Positions 13,754 to 25,984 of a DNA stretch of 64,000 bases are shown piece by piece. Within the stretch, counting starts at the first letter, position 1, and every line of letters starts with the position of its first letter. The DNA is from Octopus sinensis (Eukaryota), in contig NC_043007.1 in NCBI RefSeq assembly GCF_006345805.1, positions 2,108,001-2,172,000 on the forward strand, given 5' to 3'. The translations under genes and the position numbers were made by a program. The notes below the pieces were generated by a model. That model was given only the letters and a program-made list of their open reading frames with translations, was not told the DNA's origin and did no database searches.

Positions 13754-14139
13754 ATACAAATTTGTGAGTGTGTGTGTATAAGTATAAATGTGAAAACACA
13801 TTGAAAATTGTTTGAAAACCAATACAATGCAAATTTGAAATACAAGAGTGGAAAACCCGAAGAATGGTTCACAAAACAATAGTTCACGGTGTCAAAAGAC
13901 AAAGGAGTCTTATCTCTGAAATATCAAAATGTAAAGTAAAGCTTTCACCGTTGTTGTGTCTTCTTATTGTAAGGTAAAGTGTAAACTCTTGTTTTGTCCT
14001 GTTTTCTGTTCCTTTCTTTCAAATTTGTATTTTACTGGCTTTCAAAAAATTTCAGCTTCTCTATCAGGCTGTGTTTCATTTGAACTGCATTTCATGAATA
14101 TGTATATGTGTGTGTCTGTTATCTTTCATTTTTAATCTT

Positions 14140-15240
14140 GTTGCAGTCGTTTGACTGTGGCCATGCTGGGGCACCGCCTTGAAGGAGTTTTTGTCGAACT
14201 AACTGACCCCTGCTACTTATTTTATTGGTCGCTTTTGCAGAACCACTATGTTCATCATCATCATCATCATCGTTTAACGTCCGTTTTCTGCGCTAGCACG
14301 GGTTGGACGGTTCGACTGCGGTCTGGAAAGCCAAGGGCTGCACCAGGCTCCAGTCTGATCTAGCAGTGTTTCTACAGCTGGATGCCCTTCCTAACGCCAG
14401 CCACTCCGCGAGTGTAGTGGCTGCTTTTTCGTGTTATGGTAACATAAACACTCCAGCATTAATTAAGTAATGGTGGGCGGAGGGAACAAACTTAGACACA
14501 AAGATATCTGTTTCTTTGCTACCCACAAGGGGACAAACAAGGACAGACAAATGGATTAACTCGATTATATCGACCCCAGTGCGTAACTGGTATTTATTTA
14601 ATCGACCCCGAAAGGATGAAAGGCAAAGTCGACCTCAGCGGAATTTGAACTCAGAACATAGCGGCAGACGAAATACTGCTAAGCATTTCGCCCGGCATGC
14701 TAAAGATTCTACCAGCTCACCACCGTAGACACAAAGATACCACCACACACATACACACTCATATATAGGCGCAGGAGTGGCTGTGTGGTAAATAGCTTGC
14801 TTACCAACCACATGGTTCCAGTGTCTTCTACTATAGTCTCGGGCTCACCAAAGCCTTGTGAGTGGATTTGGAAGACGGAAACTGAAAGAAGTCCGTCGTA
14901 TATATGTATATATTATATATATATGTGTGTGTGTGTGTGTGTATGTTTACGATCCCGTAACTTAGCCGTTCGGTAAAAGAGACCCATAGAATAAGTACTA
15001 GGCTTACAAAGAATAAGTCCTAGGGTCGATTTGCGATCAGCATGGTCGCAGTCAAATGACTAAAACAAGTAAAAGAGAGAAAAAAGAGAAATATACAATG
15101 GGCTTCTTTCAGTTACTTTCTGACAAATCCACTCCCTCGGCTTTCGTTGGCCCAAAGGCATTTGAAGAAGACACTTGTCCAAGGTGCCATACTGTGAGCC
15201 TGAATCCAGAACCATGCGGTCGGGAAGTAAGCCTACACTT
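14140..15240. mobile_element. Nested SINE cluster: B fragment, C, B interrupted by A (14509-14725), a plus-strand B and a B 5' module
   Basis: The A copy is flanked by tagacacaaagata(t/c)c at 14493-14508 and 14726-14741. Confidence 0.85.
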
Positions 15241-15557
15241 ATGTGTGAAATTTCTTTGAAATATTTAAATTTTTTCTTTTGTAGAATCTAAACTAGTCAC
15301 AAACTGGCAAAGTTCTTTTGCTAAAGCCAAAATAGCCACTCAGGGGCTATGTAGGATTTGTTTTGTTGGTATTGCCTATGTGTGGATGTATATGTATCTA
15401 TGTATAAATGTATGCATATTTATATGTATACATGTGAATGTATAAACTTATACAAGTTTCAGTCAGTATCGGTCCAGGAGATATCTAACTAAATAGCACC
15501 GTCTGATGAAGTCTTTTAAGTCATACTTTTAAACCCCAGAAACTACCCTGTTGTTAC

Positions 15558-15681
15558 TGGCTGAAACATATCCTGGCGCAAATGGCTTGGTATTTCTTGG
15601 GGCCATTTCTCCAAATACCATTGAAGGTTATACGGTCTTCTCTTCATTGATTTATCTCAGAATGATGTATACATTACGACC
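15558..15681 (-). CDS. Candidate first coding exon (ATG at 15647; MKRRPYNLQWYLEKWPQEIPSHLRQDMFQP)
   Basis: Strong acceptor ttgtttttttcttcttactcag and donor CCA|GTAACA in phase 0. All frames are closed upstream of the ATG, so that part would be 5' UTR. Confidence 0.3.
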
Positions 15682-16017
15682 CTGAGTAAGAAGAAAAAAA
15701 CAATCTGTGTTATGTAACTGTGTTAAGAGATGTATTTTAATAGGGAGCATCTGGTGCAGTATTCTAGTTTACATTGATTTTTAAAACTTGATGTTAATAG
15801 CATTTCAGTAATTCTAATGGTATATTTTCCATATTGTTTCCATATTGTTCTCGTGATACAATGTTCGCAACAGCGTCAGAGGAGAGAATAGACTCTGAGC
15901 GGTCTTTGTATTTCGTATGAATGCCTTCAGATTTAGGCGTGAATTTCTATATACATGCATACATGCATATATATATATATATATGTAAATATATATGTAT
16001 ATGTATATATATATATG

Positions 16018-16048
<31 letters not shown>

Positions 16049-16349
16049 GTTTGTACTTATGTTTATTTATACATGTGCATGTTTCTGCCTGTTTCACTGT
16101 ATGTTTTATTGCAAGAATGAAAGTATTTGTCTATACATTTGCATAGATAAAAGTATGTGTATGTAGAAGTGTCGTGTGTAGTGGTAGGGACTGGTAGAGG
16201 TGGTAGTAGTGGTGGTAATAGTTGTGGTGGTGGTGTTGGAAGAGGTGAATCTATAGAGAGCATCAGAAGGTTAAACATGCGAAGAATTAATGCAAATGGG
16301 ATGCATCTTATTGAAATAGCATAACAACAATAACAACAGTAATGATAAA

Positions 16350-17170
16350 GACAGGGCGATAGGATTTAGAATTAAGAAGCTGCTTAGAATGCACTATGCA
16401 CGTCTCTGCAAAGGTTTGTTCGACAGGTTCTACCTTAACAAGAAAGGAAGGAAGCAAGCATTTGTTAAACACAGAAAACACCATCAGTACTGCGATATTC
16501 GGTTTGAAATACCATGTTGTACATAATGAAGGAAGGATATTGTCTGCGGCCAGAAATATCCAAACCTCACCGGGCAAATAGTTGAGCAGAGAAGGAATTA
16601 TATGGTCAATTCATGTAACAAACCGAATTTTTAAAAATGCTGGTTCTGGATGAAAGACGAAAACAAGAAACTAAATCATTAATTATGGCCACCCAGGAAT
16701 AAGCAGTTAAAAACGAATTTGATGAGATTGATAAAACTTAGCCAGAGAGCAAATACGGAATCTGTAGAAAAGGAGACGAAAGTATTAACCGTTTCTTAAG
16801 TGATTGCAATAAAATAACGCAAGAAGTATGTAAGCGCAGGCATGCGGGTGTCGGTAAAAGGATATATTGGAATATTAACCAAGATTGTGGATTCAAAGGG
16901 ATAAGAACACGAATCAGAGGTTTTGGAGGTAAATGATTATTACAGGATTTTATTGGCTTTCTCCGAAGACAGGCCTTCTATTGAAGCAATGGTGTAGAGA
17001 GCAACAATAAAAATAAGTGTAATAACACACGATAAATACCATAAGAATGGATATAAAAAGGTAAAAAAAGTTTAGAAATATCAGGACTTAGCCAGAGAGA
17101 GAGATGAAAATATTTTGAAACACAAAAGTGACACTTTTTCCTATGGTGTTACTCAGCAAAATATTCAAAC
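16350..17170 (+). mobile_element. Heavily decayed R4/Dong-like LINE, post-RT region, zinc knuckle and endonuclease
   Basis: Remnant translations KKLLRMHY..DRFYL..KG, ETKSLIMATQE and ICRKGDESINRFLSDC...RRH. Preceded by AAC/AAT repeats. Confidence 0.7.
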
Positions 17171-17179
17171 TGCTAACGA

Positions 17180-17330
17180 GTGACCCATTTGCAGCTGAGT
17201 GGACTGGACCAACTTGAAATGAAGCGTCTTGCTCAAGAACACAACACCCAACCGGTCCGGGAATCGAACCCACGATCTCACAATCGTTAGAGCGCGACAC
17301 TCTTAACCACAATACCACGCGCGTCTTCAC
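17180..17330 (-). mobile_element. tRNA-derived SINE family F
   Basis: B-box-like gggaatcgaaccc and gtcttgctcaagaacacaac; a related copy lies at 40045. Confidence 0.7.
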
Positions 17331-17339
17331 ACATCGTAC

Positions 17340-17766
<427 letters not shown>

Positions 17767-18855
17767 CTATATACTCATACACACTTATTCGTATATATAC
17801 ATATATATATATATACACTCGCACACACACAAGTGTACATATGTGTATGCGTGTGCAGTGGTTTGTGTTAGAAAGGAAGAAGGAAAGAAACTAAGAAAGA
17901 AAGAAAGAAGAAAAAGACAGGTTTGGTTTTGCTTCGTACGTGTGAGAGCCTTACATCATGATTCCTTCGTGTATTAAACACAGAATCTCACATGTTTATT
18001 CATTGTATATGAATGCAAATGTAAACATAGAACCTATGCGATACCATAATCTTTCTATTTTGGCTAATCGGAATTTCTATTGACTGCGTATTGATTCTAT
18101 AACATCCACGTTTAAGGAAGAAGTATTCTTATGTTCAATGCCAGATGTTGTACATCAACATGTCGGTCGTAAAAAGGCGGTATTAAAGGAAGAAAATAAT
18201 GGATATTCAAAATATTTGATTCAGGCATATTTTTTTGCTCTGTGTTTAACCCCAAGTCTACTCTGATTAAGCAACACTTTATGATCTAAAGCATTCTGAT
18301 CATGGCCATCCCGTATTATCATTTTCAAACACAGTTTATATAAGACTACGTTAAACAAAGTTTACCAAATTTTTTTAAGACAATAGTGTAGCTTAAGGGA
18401 GATTTGATTGCTATTTCTTGCATGTCCTGTGGCCACGCGGTGCGCCATCGTTGGTCCATTGAATCAAATTGTTTTTTTTTTGTTTCCCTTTTTCTTCCTT
18501 TGGTAGGACTACATTGGCAGCTCCTCTCGTATGGTTTTGGCCCTTCTAAGAACTTGAATTAACTGTGTTAGTTGACGATTATACTAATTGTCCGAGAATA
18601 GTTATTTAATTTTATTTCTTTAATTACTATAAACGTTCGTGTAAAACTGGTAAGCCATGAAATTCAGGCACGGTCCCAGGAACTTTACAAAAGGAGGACA
18701 CAAGGTAAGAAGGGAATACAATTCTAGGAGAAAAGGACGTACTAACATTATGTAGAAGGGCGCATTTCTTTTCTTGAAGGAGACATTTGCCCCTCAGCAC
18801 TCCACTTGGATCCGTCCCTGATATAGCTTCATATTTAAGAAGTATTAAATACAAG

Positions 18856-19205
18856 AAATGCGTAACCGTATTTCGTCTGCCGTTACGTTCTGAGTTCAAA
18901 TTCCGCCGAGGTCGACTTTGCCTTTCGTGGTCGATTAAATAAGTACCAGTTACGCACTGGAGTCGATATAATCGATTTAATCCGTTTGTCTGTCCTTGTT
19001 TGTCCTCTCTGTGTTTATCCCCTTGTGGGTAGTAAAGAAACAGGTATTTCGTCTGCCGTTACGTTCTGAGTTCAAATTCCGCCGAGGTCGACTTTGCCTT
19101 TCATCCTTTCGGGGTCGATAGATTAAGTACCAGTTGCGTATTGAGGTCGATCTAATCGACAGGCCTCCTCACCCAAAATTCCGGGCCTTGTGCCTAGAGT
19201 AGAAA
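18856..19205 (+). mobile_element. SINE A composite: long-tail body followed by short-tail body
   Basis: Junction gtagtaaagaaaca|ggtatttcgtctgcc at 19042/19043. Confidence 0.9.
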
Positions 19206-19395
19206 ATAATTTTCACTCGCAAGGTATCGGTCGACTGATAGCTGTAAAACCCCCCAAAAATAAACGATATTTGTTCAAGAGGTCTTGGAATAGGTTTGAA
19301 CCTGGGCCCACCAACTTCTTAACCTTTCAGCCTACTGTATATAATAACCAACTAGAAAGGTGAAACTAAAACTGATAAATAACAAATGTTTTCTG

Positions 19396-19610
19396 CTAAG
19401 TCTTTTTGCTGCCTCTGTGAATTGGAAGATCATATTTATGGTTGACGGATCTTTGAAAATAGATTGCACCTCCAACCTCGGCTGCCATATTAAGACAGGT
19501 TTTAAAATGTCCTCTCTCACTCTTTCGCTGATAATTTTTGCATTGGAACAGATAATGCCACAAGGTTTCTGAATAATCTCTACAATACCATAAAGGTGAT
19601 TCCATTCGAC
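19396..19610 (-). mobile_element. Possible LINE ORF2 C-terminal zinc-binding remnant
   Basis: ESPLWYCRDYSETLWHYLFQCK resembles the C-x2-C...ETxxHxxxxC motif of L1/Tx1-type ORF2. Confidence 0.4.
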
Positions 19611-19869
19611 CTGTTACATTTGCTTATCTCTCGTTTGATTATTGGCAACTCGTTTTTATTTTATGTTTATACGTTTTAGCGACATCATCCTGCCACTTTT
19701 AATTAAGCTTCACAGATACGTCGTTTTCCCTTTTTTTTTTCCTTCTGATTTTTGGTTTTAAAATAAGGTGTGGTTGGCTAAGTCGAATTATTCGAACGTG
19801 TAAAGCAAAACCCGAAATTACAAATGATCTTCAAAACAATGTTATAGCTTTTTTTTTTAAGTTCGGAAA

Positions 19870-21400
19870 ATTGATGCATAGCTTAATATTTTCTACTTCC
19901 AAAGGATTTCAAGTACGTAGCACCGCTCGTATCATAGATTCCCAATGACAGAGTCGAACACGTTGTAGGAAGAACATTTGATGGTCTACTTCTAAACGCT
20001 AGAGCTGAAAAAGCTGGTAATTTTAAGAGAAAAAGGCAAGCTCGTTCACAGGTTACTGAAAAATTGAAATATATTCCATTAAATCAAAGAGGTAGGATTA
20101 CAAGCTTATCGTGTGGTGTACTTGATGTACACCAAAATATAGAATCTTTACAGAAGAGAAAACATTCCTACCCATTTCTTCTTTAATAAAAGCTGTTGTG
20201 ACATCGCAGTTTTGTTTCCATTATTTAGTTCCTGATAGTCATTCTCCGTGTCATGATAAATCGGCTCCATATAAATGAATAATGGTTTGCACAATAAAAA
20301 CTCCCCACCAATTCTTTGTTGATTTTGGTTGAGCCAAAACCACGATAGAGTTTGTAAAATTAATCGATTTATAATAATAGTTATTTATGGCGTCAGTAGC
20401 AAGGGCCAGAAGGGATTTACACGCAAAATACTTAAACGGAAAAATAGGAATACGACCTTTACATAGCGAACCTGAGAAAGGGCATTCAGAATATCATCCG
20501 GAGGATGTTCTAGGCGGGCGTAAGCGTGGCTGTGTGGTCAAGACGCTTACTGCCCAATCGTGTGGTCTTGGGTTCAAGTCACTGACCTGCACCTTTAGCA
20601 AATATCATCCTGTATATTCCCAAAGCCTCGTAAGTGGATTTGATGTACGGAACATGAAAGAAACACGTCGCGTATATGTGTGTATATATATGTGTATGTG
20701 TGCGTGTGTTCCTCGCCATCGGTTGACAACTGCTGTTGGTTTATTTACATCCCCATAACATTGCAGTTCGTCAAATGAATGTCAATAAAATAAGTACCAG
20801 ACTTTAAAAAAAAGCAAAAAAAGAACCTACTTGGATCGATTTGTTCGACTATACTAAAAGTGGTGCCCCAGAATGACCGCAGTCCAATGACTGAAACCAG
20901 CGAAATATAACTAAGGTCATTGAAAGAATTAATTTATTGGACAATATGCGCCGGTTATAGGCGAACAGTTCCCAGTAAATTAAAAGGAAGATAGTCCATC
21001 ATCTGAGGTTTGGCATTATTCATTTTTTATACAGATAATGTCTAGCCTCGTATGATGAATACAGAACTAAATGAAATCGAAGGCAATGTCAAAGGAAGAT
21101 GGAATCTATAGTTAAAATGATGTCACCCTTTAAATAGTCTTAACCTAAATTCCATTTTGTATTGGATTTCTTTGACTCTATTCAGTTTTTACAGCGTCAG
21201 ATGTCGATGTGGAATTTGCACGAATTGATCGAAACCGTTAAAAACAGTTTTAATAAAATGCCAGTAGCGTAAGATAATGTTTTGTTAATATTGCAAACAT
21301 CTATGGAGTATACAATGTCAAATGGGATTAATCTATAGAAAATGTTTAGATGTGAATAAAAGAAATCTTCAAAGTGAAAATTGGCTGCTAAAAAGTATTA
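19870..21400 (+). mobile_element. Decayed Tc1/mariner-superfamily transposase of the DD39D (plant-mariner-like) type, split by a SINE B
   Basis: Remnants in order: EKLKYIPLNQRGRITSLS, HINE*WF (HIDEKWF-like), VLDFFDSIQFLQ (VLDLGFFxSIQSLQ-like), LHELIETVKNSF and DNVLLILQTSME. Confidence 0.6.
20513..20905 (+). mobile_element. Old SINE B inserted in the transposase remnant
   Basis: gtggctgtgtggtcaag head, internal (TA/TG) tract, gtccaatgactgaaacc end. Confidence 0.8.
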
Positions 21401-21469
21401 ATTATGACCCCCGAAGCTATCTCAAATGCGAAAAGAAAATTACAAATACAAATTAAATTATTTGAATAT

Positions 21470-22055
21470 GCGTATGGATAGCTGCGTGGTTATGCTGTTT
21501 GGTTCGTAAACACAGGGTTTCAAGTTTAGTCCTACTGCGAGGCAACTCGAGCAAGTGTTGTCTACTAAATAACTGGGCTGACCAATTCTTTAGAAGTGAG
21601 TATGTTTGGCGGAAACTATGTGGAAGCCTGTGTGTGTCTTTGTGCACTGTTCCTGCTCTGCTTGACAACTGCTGTTGGTTTGTTTCCGTTGTTGTAATTT
21701 AGCCGTTCGGCATAGAGACCTATTTCTTTATTACCCACAAGGGGCTAAATACAGAGGGGACAAACAAGGACAGGCAAACAGATTAAGTCGATTACATCGA
21801 CCCCAGTGCGTAACTGGTACTTATTTAATCGACCCCGAAAGGACGAAAGGCAAAGTCGACCTCGGCGGAATTTGAACTCAGAACGTAACGGCAGACAAAA
21901 TACGGTTACGCATTTCGCCCGGCGTGCTAACGTTTCTGCCAGCACGACGTTCGGCATAGAGACCGATGGAGTATCTGTGATTGAGTTGTTCGACTAACCT
22001 TACAAGGCAGTGTTCCAGCATGGCCGCAGTACAGAGACTGAAACAAGTAAAAGAC
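21470..22055 (+). mobile_element. SINE B interrupted by a minus-strand SINE A (21721-21947)
   Basis: 17-bp TSD cgttcggcatagagacc at 21704-21720 and 21948-21964. Confidence 0.9.
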
Positions 22056-23392
22056 TAACGATCTTTCTTAACTAATTAATAAAACAACTATTCTCATTGA
22101 GTTTGTCCAATTATTTCAGGACAAATTTTCATACATTAAATACAACAATTTTTGAAGGACGAGGGATATAGATATCTAATAATGGAAGGCAAGGTTTATG
22201 ATGTCGGAGGAATATCATCTCCTTCCATCATTCTTGTTCTTTATGTAGTTCGGGCTTTCGGCAGGCGAAAAGAAAAGTCTTCAAGTACAACTACTATTTA
22301 CAACTGGTTTATTTACAGGAAAGGTGAAGTGTGCTGCTCTCAGCTACCATCTTAAGCTCCGATAGTGTGGGCGCATTGCCTCTGGAGATAGACAGGCAGA
22401 AAACCACAGCCAGTGGTGGTGTTCAGCCAGTGCTGGTGTGTTGTGGCGCCGAAGAAGAGAAATTTGAAGAGGGTTTTCCTCCACAACGAGCCGCGTTGTG
22501 ATCTCGCGCATGGCAAATGGATGCAGGTGAGGTCTCGCTCCAGTCTTGGAGATGGCAATGGCTGCCGCAAGATCTCATCCAATATGGCTCTGGCTGCTTG
22601 TGCCGCTACGGATATTAAGAAACGCTATTCATTACAGAGCAGTCTGGAACCTGGAATCTCAAAGAAGTTGTCGTTGTTATTGCGCTGTTTACGGCCGCTC
22701 TACTTTCTGTTTCCTTCAAAATAGAGTAACATCTCGAGATTCGTTTACTTTAAGTTTGAAGGTAAGCCAGAAGTTGAAAGCCTTCTAAAGCATTCAAAAC
22801 AGTATTGGAACAGTGTTTTGTCAAGTACCGAGTATCAACGAATGGACTGAAAAAATTATTTTCATAATTGATGCACAAATGTCACCTCCCAAGAAATCGG
22901 AATCTCGAACATCTATGCTGATGCCAACATCCGGCATTTCCGTGTCGAACCGATGATTGGCTATTGATAAAGAATAAATTGTTGTCATATTAGACGTGTT
23001 TATGCGTATGAGATCATCCACAACAGGTTTGGCATTATTAAGATGGTTCGCGAGATGAATCCACAATTCCCAAACAACTCACAAAATTACGCAGACAAAA
23101 TCGTTTTCTAATTTGCAATACGACTTTTGGATTGTTGACAAAGGGGACGACATGGAAAAAAAAGAACTAATTATTGGTGATGACTCTTTTAAGTGCATTG
23201 AGAATAAATAAAGTCTCACAACTCATAATATAAAATATTTGACATACACAATATATGTTTTTAATTGCCTGTTAACTTTCGAGATGTTCTCTGGGCGAGC
23301 GTGAACTGCTTGTCCTCCTCCCGACGTCGATAAAATGTGATATTAGTGAAGTACTGAGACAATTTACACACACACACAATTATATATATATA

Positions 23393-24232
23393 CTAGCAGA
23401 ATTGCCCGGCGTTGCTCGGGGCTGAATTGCTTGAAAGTACTGTTAATGATTGCACTGAATTATGATGATTATTCAGGCAAATATTGAAATAAGCTAACGG
23501 TGGGAGATAAGGACTTAACGCCAAACGTGTGCCATTGCATTGTTTTGGGGGAACCAAATTTCTGATGAGCATTATAGGGGCACTCACTTTAAGTTTGAGA
23601 AAGTGTGGTGTAGTCCGGGGTGCTCAAAGGAATTGAGTACCTCTATTGGATAGTTGATGACGTCCTCTGGGTCAGGAGTTGTATCGATAGACTGATATAC
23701 ATCGACTTCCCCAGGAATGAGTTTTAGCATTTCATCATTAATATGGTGAACAGTTTTATTCCTCGGGGCCAGTATAGCCTTTTTGCCAATCCAATCCATA
23801 TTCTGATAATTAGCTTGTAAATCTGGGAACACTGCATCTCTGAGATCAGAAGGCGTCTTAACAATGGTACAAATGGAATCGATGGCAATATTACCATTTT
23901 CATCCCCTGTATTTTGCCTTCGCCAGTGCAAGGAGGGTGTGAGGAAATGCTGGTGATGTGATATTACGTCGCATATGAGCACGCATATTGGTGTGAAGTT
24001 TGAGAGTTACTTCCGTTTATTTTTAAAAAATGCATTAAAATGGAAAAAAATGATGGTAAATTATTTGTAAAATCATAGACTCATCGTAGACGCGCGCTAA
24101 TACCCAGAAGGGCTCGATATGAATCACGACTATAAGATACCCGGTTTTGGTTAAACTGCATCGCAAAATGTGGGAGTAGTTAGGAATCTAAATCGGAGTA
24201 GACAGACACACAACCTTTCTTTTATATATAAA
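23393..24232 (-). mobile_element. Non-autonomous Helitron with an internal helicase fragment
   Basis: 3' hairpin cccgagcaacgccggg followed by CTAG|T at 23393, inserted in a TA tract. Its 5' region is shared with the copy at 42063. Confidence 0.9.
23500..23960 (-). pseudogene. Helitron PIF1-like helicase fragment with a frameshift
   Basis: VFPDLQANY...KAILAPRNKTVHHIN...YPIEVLNS...LK / APIMLIRNLVPPKQCNGTRL are typical Helitron helicase motifs. Confidence 0.9.
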
Positions 24233-24239
24233 TACATAC

Positions 24240-24889
24240 ATACACACACACATACATACACACACACACACACACATACATGCATACATACATATACACA
24301 TAAACCGAGTAAAAAATTTCAGTTATCTCTCTCTTTCACACATTACTCTCTCTGTCTCTTCACACACACTAACAGAAGCACTTCACTTACACAACATACT
24401 GTCTGTCTCCCACACTCAATCAAACACACACACACACACACATGTACATCAATGAGTCCCATGCACGGTAACTTCAAAGGAACTTCCCTCGTCATACAAT
24501 CGCTTTCTCTTAGTCTCTTTCGCTCTCATTACTTATGTAAAAAAATAAAAGTTTTTTCTATGTGTCTAAAGAGGAAGTGGGAGGCAGAGTGAAAGAATCA
24601 CTCACTACAGTAAGTGAATTACTTTCATTTTATTCCTTGCCCACTGTGTGTGTGCGTTTGCGTGTGCTGTAAACCAGACTAAGAAAAGCATTTGACACAC
24701 ACACCAGAATGTGAGTTTTCTGTAAATTTTGCTTAATTGGAGTTTAAATTTTAAAAACTGGACCTGGCATGACGCGATGCATTGTACTCTCAAAACTGCT
24801 AGGTAAATTGTAATTGAAGAAATCCTATATTGTAGATTTGTATAACTCCCAAAGGGAGGCAGATAAAATCTGCCTTTTATAATAAGAGA
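24240..24889 (-). mobile_element. Second Helitron-like 5' segment
   Basis: The minus strand begins A|TCTCTTATTATAAAAGGCAG, a typical Helitron 5'-TC end. No 3' CTRR end of its own was found. Confidence 0.55.
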
Positions 24890-25011
24890 TATATATATAA
24901 GTATACACGCATATATAAGGAGAAGGTGAGTGTGTTGGAGGGATAGAAAGAGAGCTATTACCATTTAAATAATGATGCCAGCTGAGCCCTAGAATCTGGT
25001 TAACAAAATTA

Positions 25012-25347
25012 TATTTTTTGAAAATTTTTGGTCAAAATTTTTTGAAAAATTTTTTGAAAATTTTTAGTCAAAATTTTTTGAAAAATTTTTTTGAAAAATT
25101 TTTTGGGAAATTTTGGTCAAAATTTTTCGAAAATTTTTAGTCAAAATTTTTTGAAAATTTTTTTGAAAATTTTTGGTCAAAATTTTTTGAAAATTTTTAG
25201 TCAAAATTTTTTGAAAATTTTTTTGAAAATTTCTGGTCAAAATTTTTTGAGAAATTTTTTGAAAATTTTTTTGTCAAAATTTTTGGAAAATTTTAAAAAA
25301 AAATTTTGGTCAAAATTTTTTCAAAAATTTTGGTCAAAATTTTTGGT
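25012..25347. repeat. A4-T5/6 minisatellite: about 12-bp subunits in an approximately 60-bp higher-order unit
   Basis: Repeated GAAAATTTTTT and GTCAAAATTTTTT; 25141-25200 and 25201-25260 are near-identical. Confidence 0.9.
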
Positions 25348-25624
25348 CACAACAGCAGCCACATGGAGACGCATCATCACGTCGGGGTCACCATTTGTAG
25401 AACGACCTTTTGAAGGAGGGGTGACGAGAATGGCTCCTTTAGTACACCACACGGTCGATTACAATAAATACGAAAAGTATGAATGAGTACAAGTGCCAGA
25501 AGGAAAAGCACAGACACAACCGGCAGAATGTTTAAGAGAAGATTTTATTGAGGGGTTGACATATTTATGACGCATAGACACACATGTTAACAGCTCAATA
25601 AAATCTTCTCTTAAACAGAAGCAA

Positions 25625-25800
25625 AAGAAAGTCGTACCTGTGTTTCAAAGGCCAGTCTTTCCACAAAGTGTGTCATTCTTAATCTCCTTGAGAACTATGT
25701 TAAATGTACACGTGTCTGTGGAGTGCTCAGCCACTTACACGTTAATTTGACAAGTAGGCTGTTCCGTTGGTCAGATCAATTGGAACCCGAGTCCTCATAA
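25625..25800 (+). mobile_element. Isolated 3' tail of SINE D (same tail as the copy at 37600-37790)
   Basis: gtacctgtgtttcaaaggcc...gtacacgtgtctgtggagtgctcagccactt...ggctgttccgttg. Confidence 0.75.
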
Positions 25801-25984
25801 TTCTGTTGCGATCATTCGGGCTAGGTCTCCGGGTTGAAAATACCTGTCGCCCTCCCTCCCTTCCTCTCAGCAGTCTCATAAGCCCTTTAAAGGGTCCTGA
25901 CTACTGTCACTTCCACTTGATTAAAAAAAAAACCTTCGAGCCCCGGATAAAACCCCGAAGCTGAGAACTGAACTGAAGGTTTTT

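Noticed and set aside
15503-15545. CTGATGA followed later by GAAAC
   Set aside because: There is no stem II or stem III pairing between them, so it is not a hammerhead.
15540-15685. Plus-strand exon reading with in-frame TGA codons (possible selenocysteine)
   Set aside because: There is no recognisable selenoprotein motif or SECIS element, and the phases do not chain with other plus-strand candidates.
25012-25347. CRISPR-like or coding interpretation of the periodic array (ORF 25091-25486)
   Set aside because: There are no unique spacers and the context is eukaryotic; the ORF is a by-product of the repeat.
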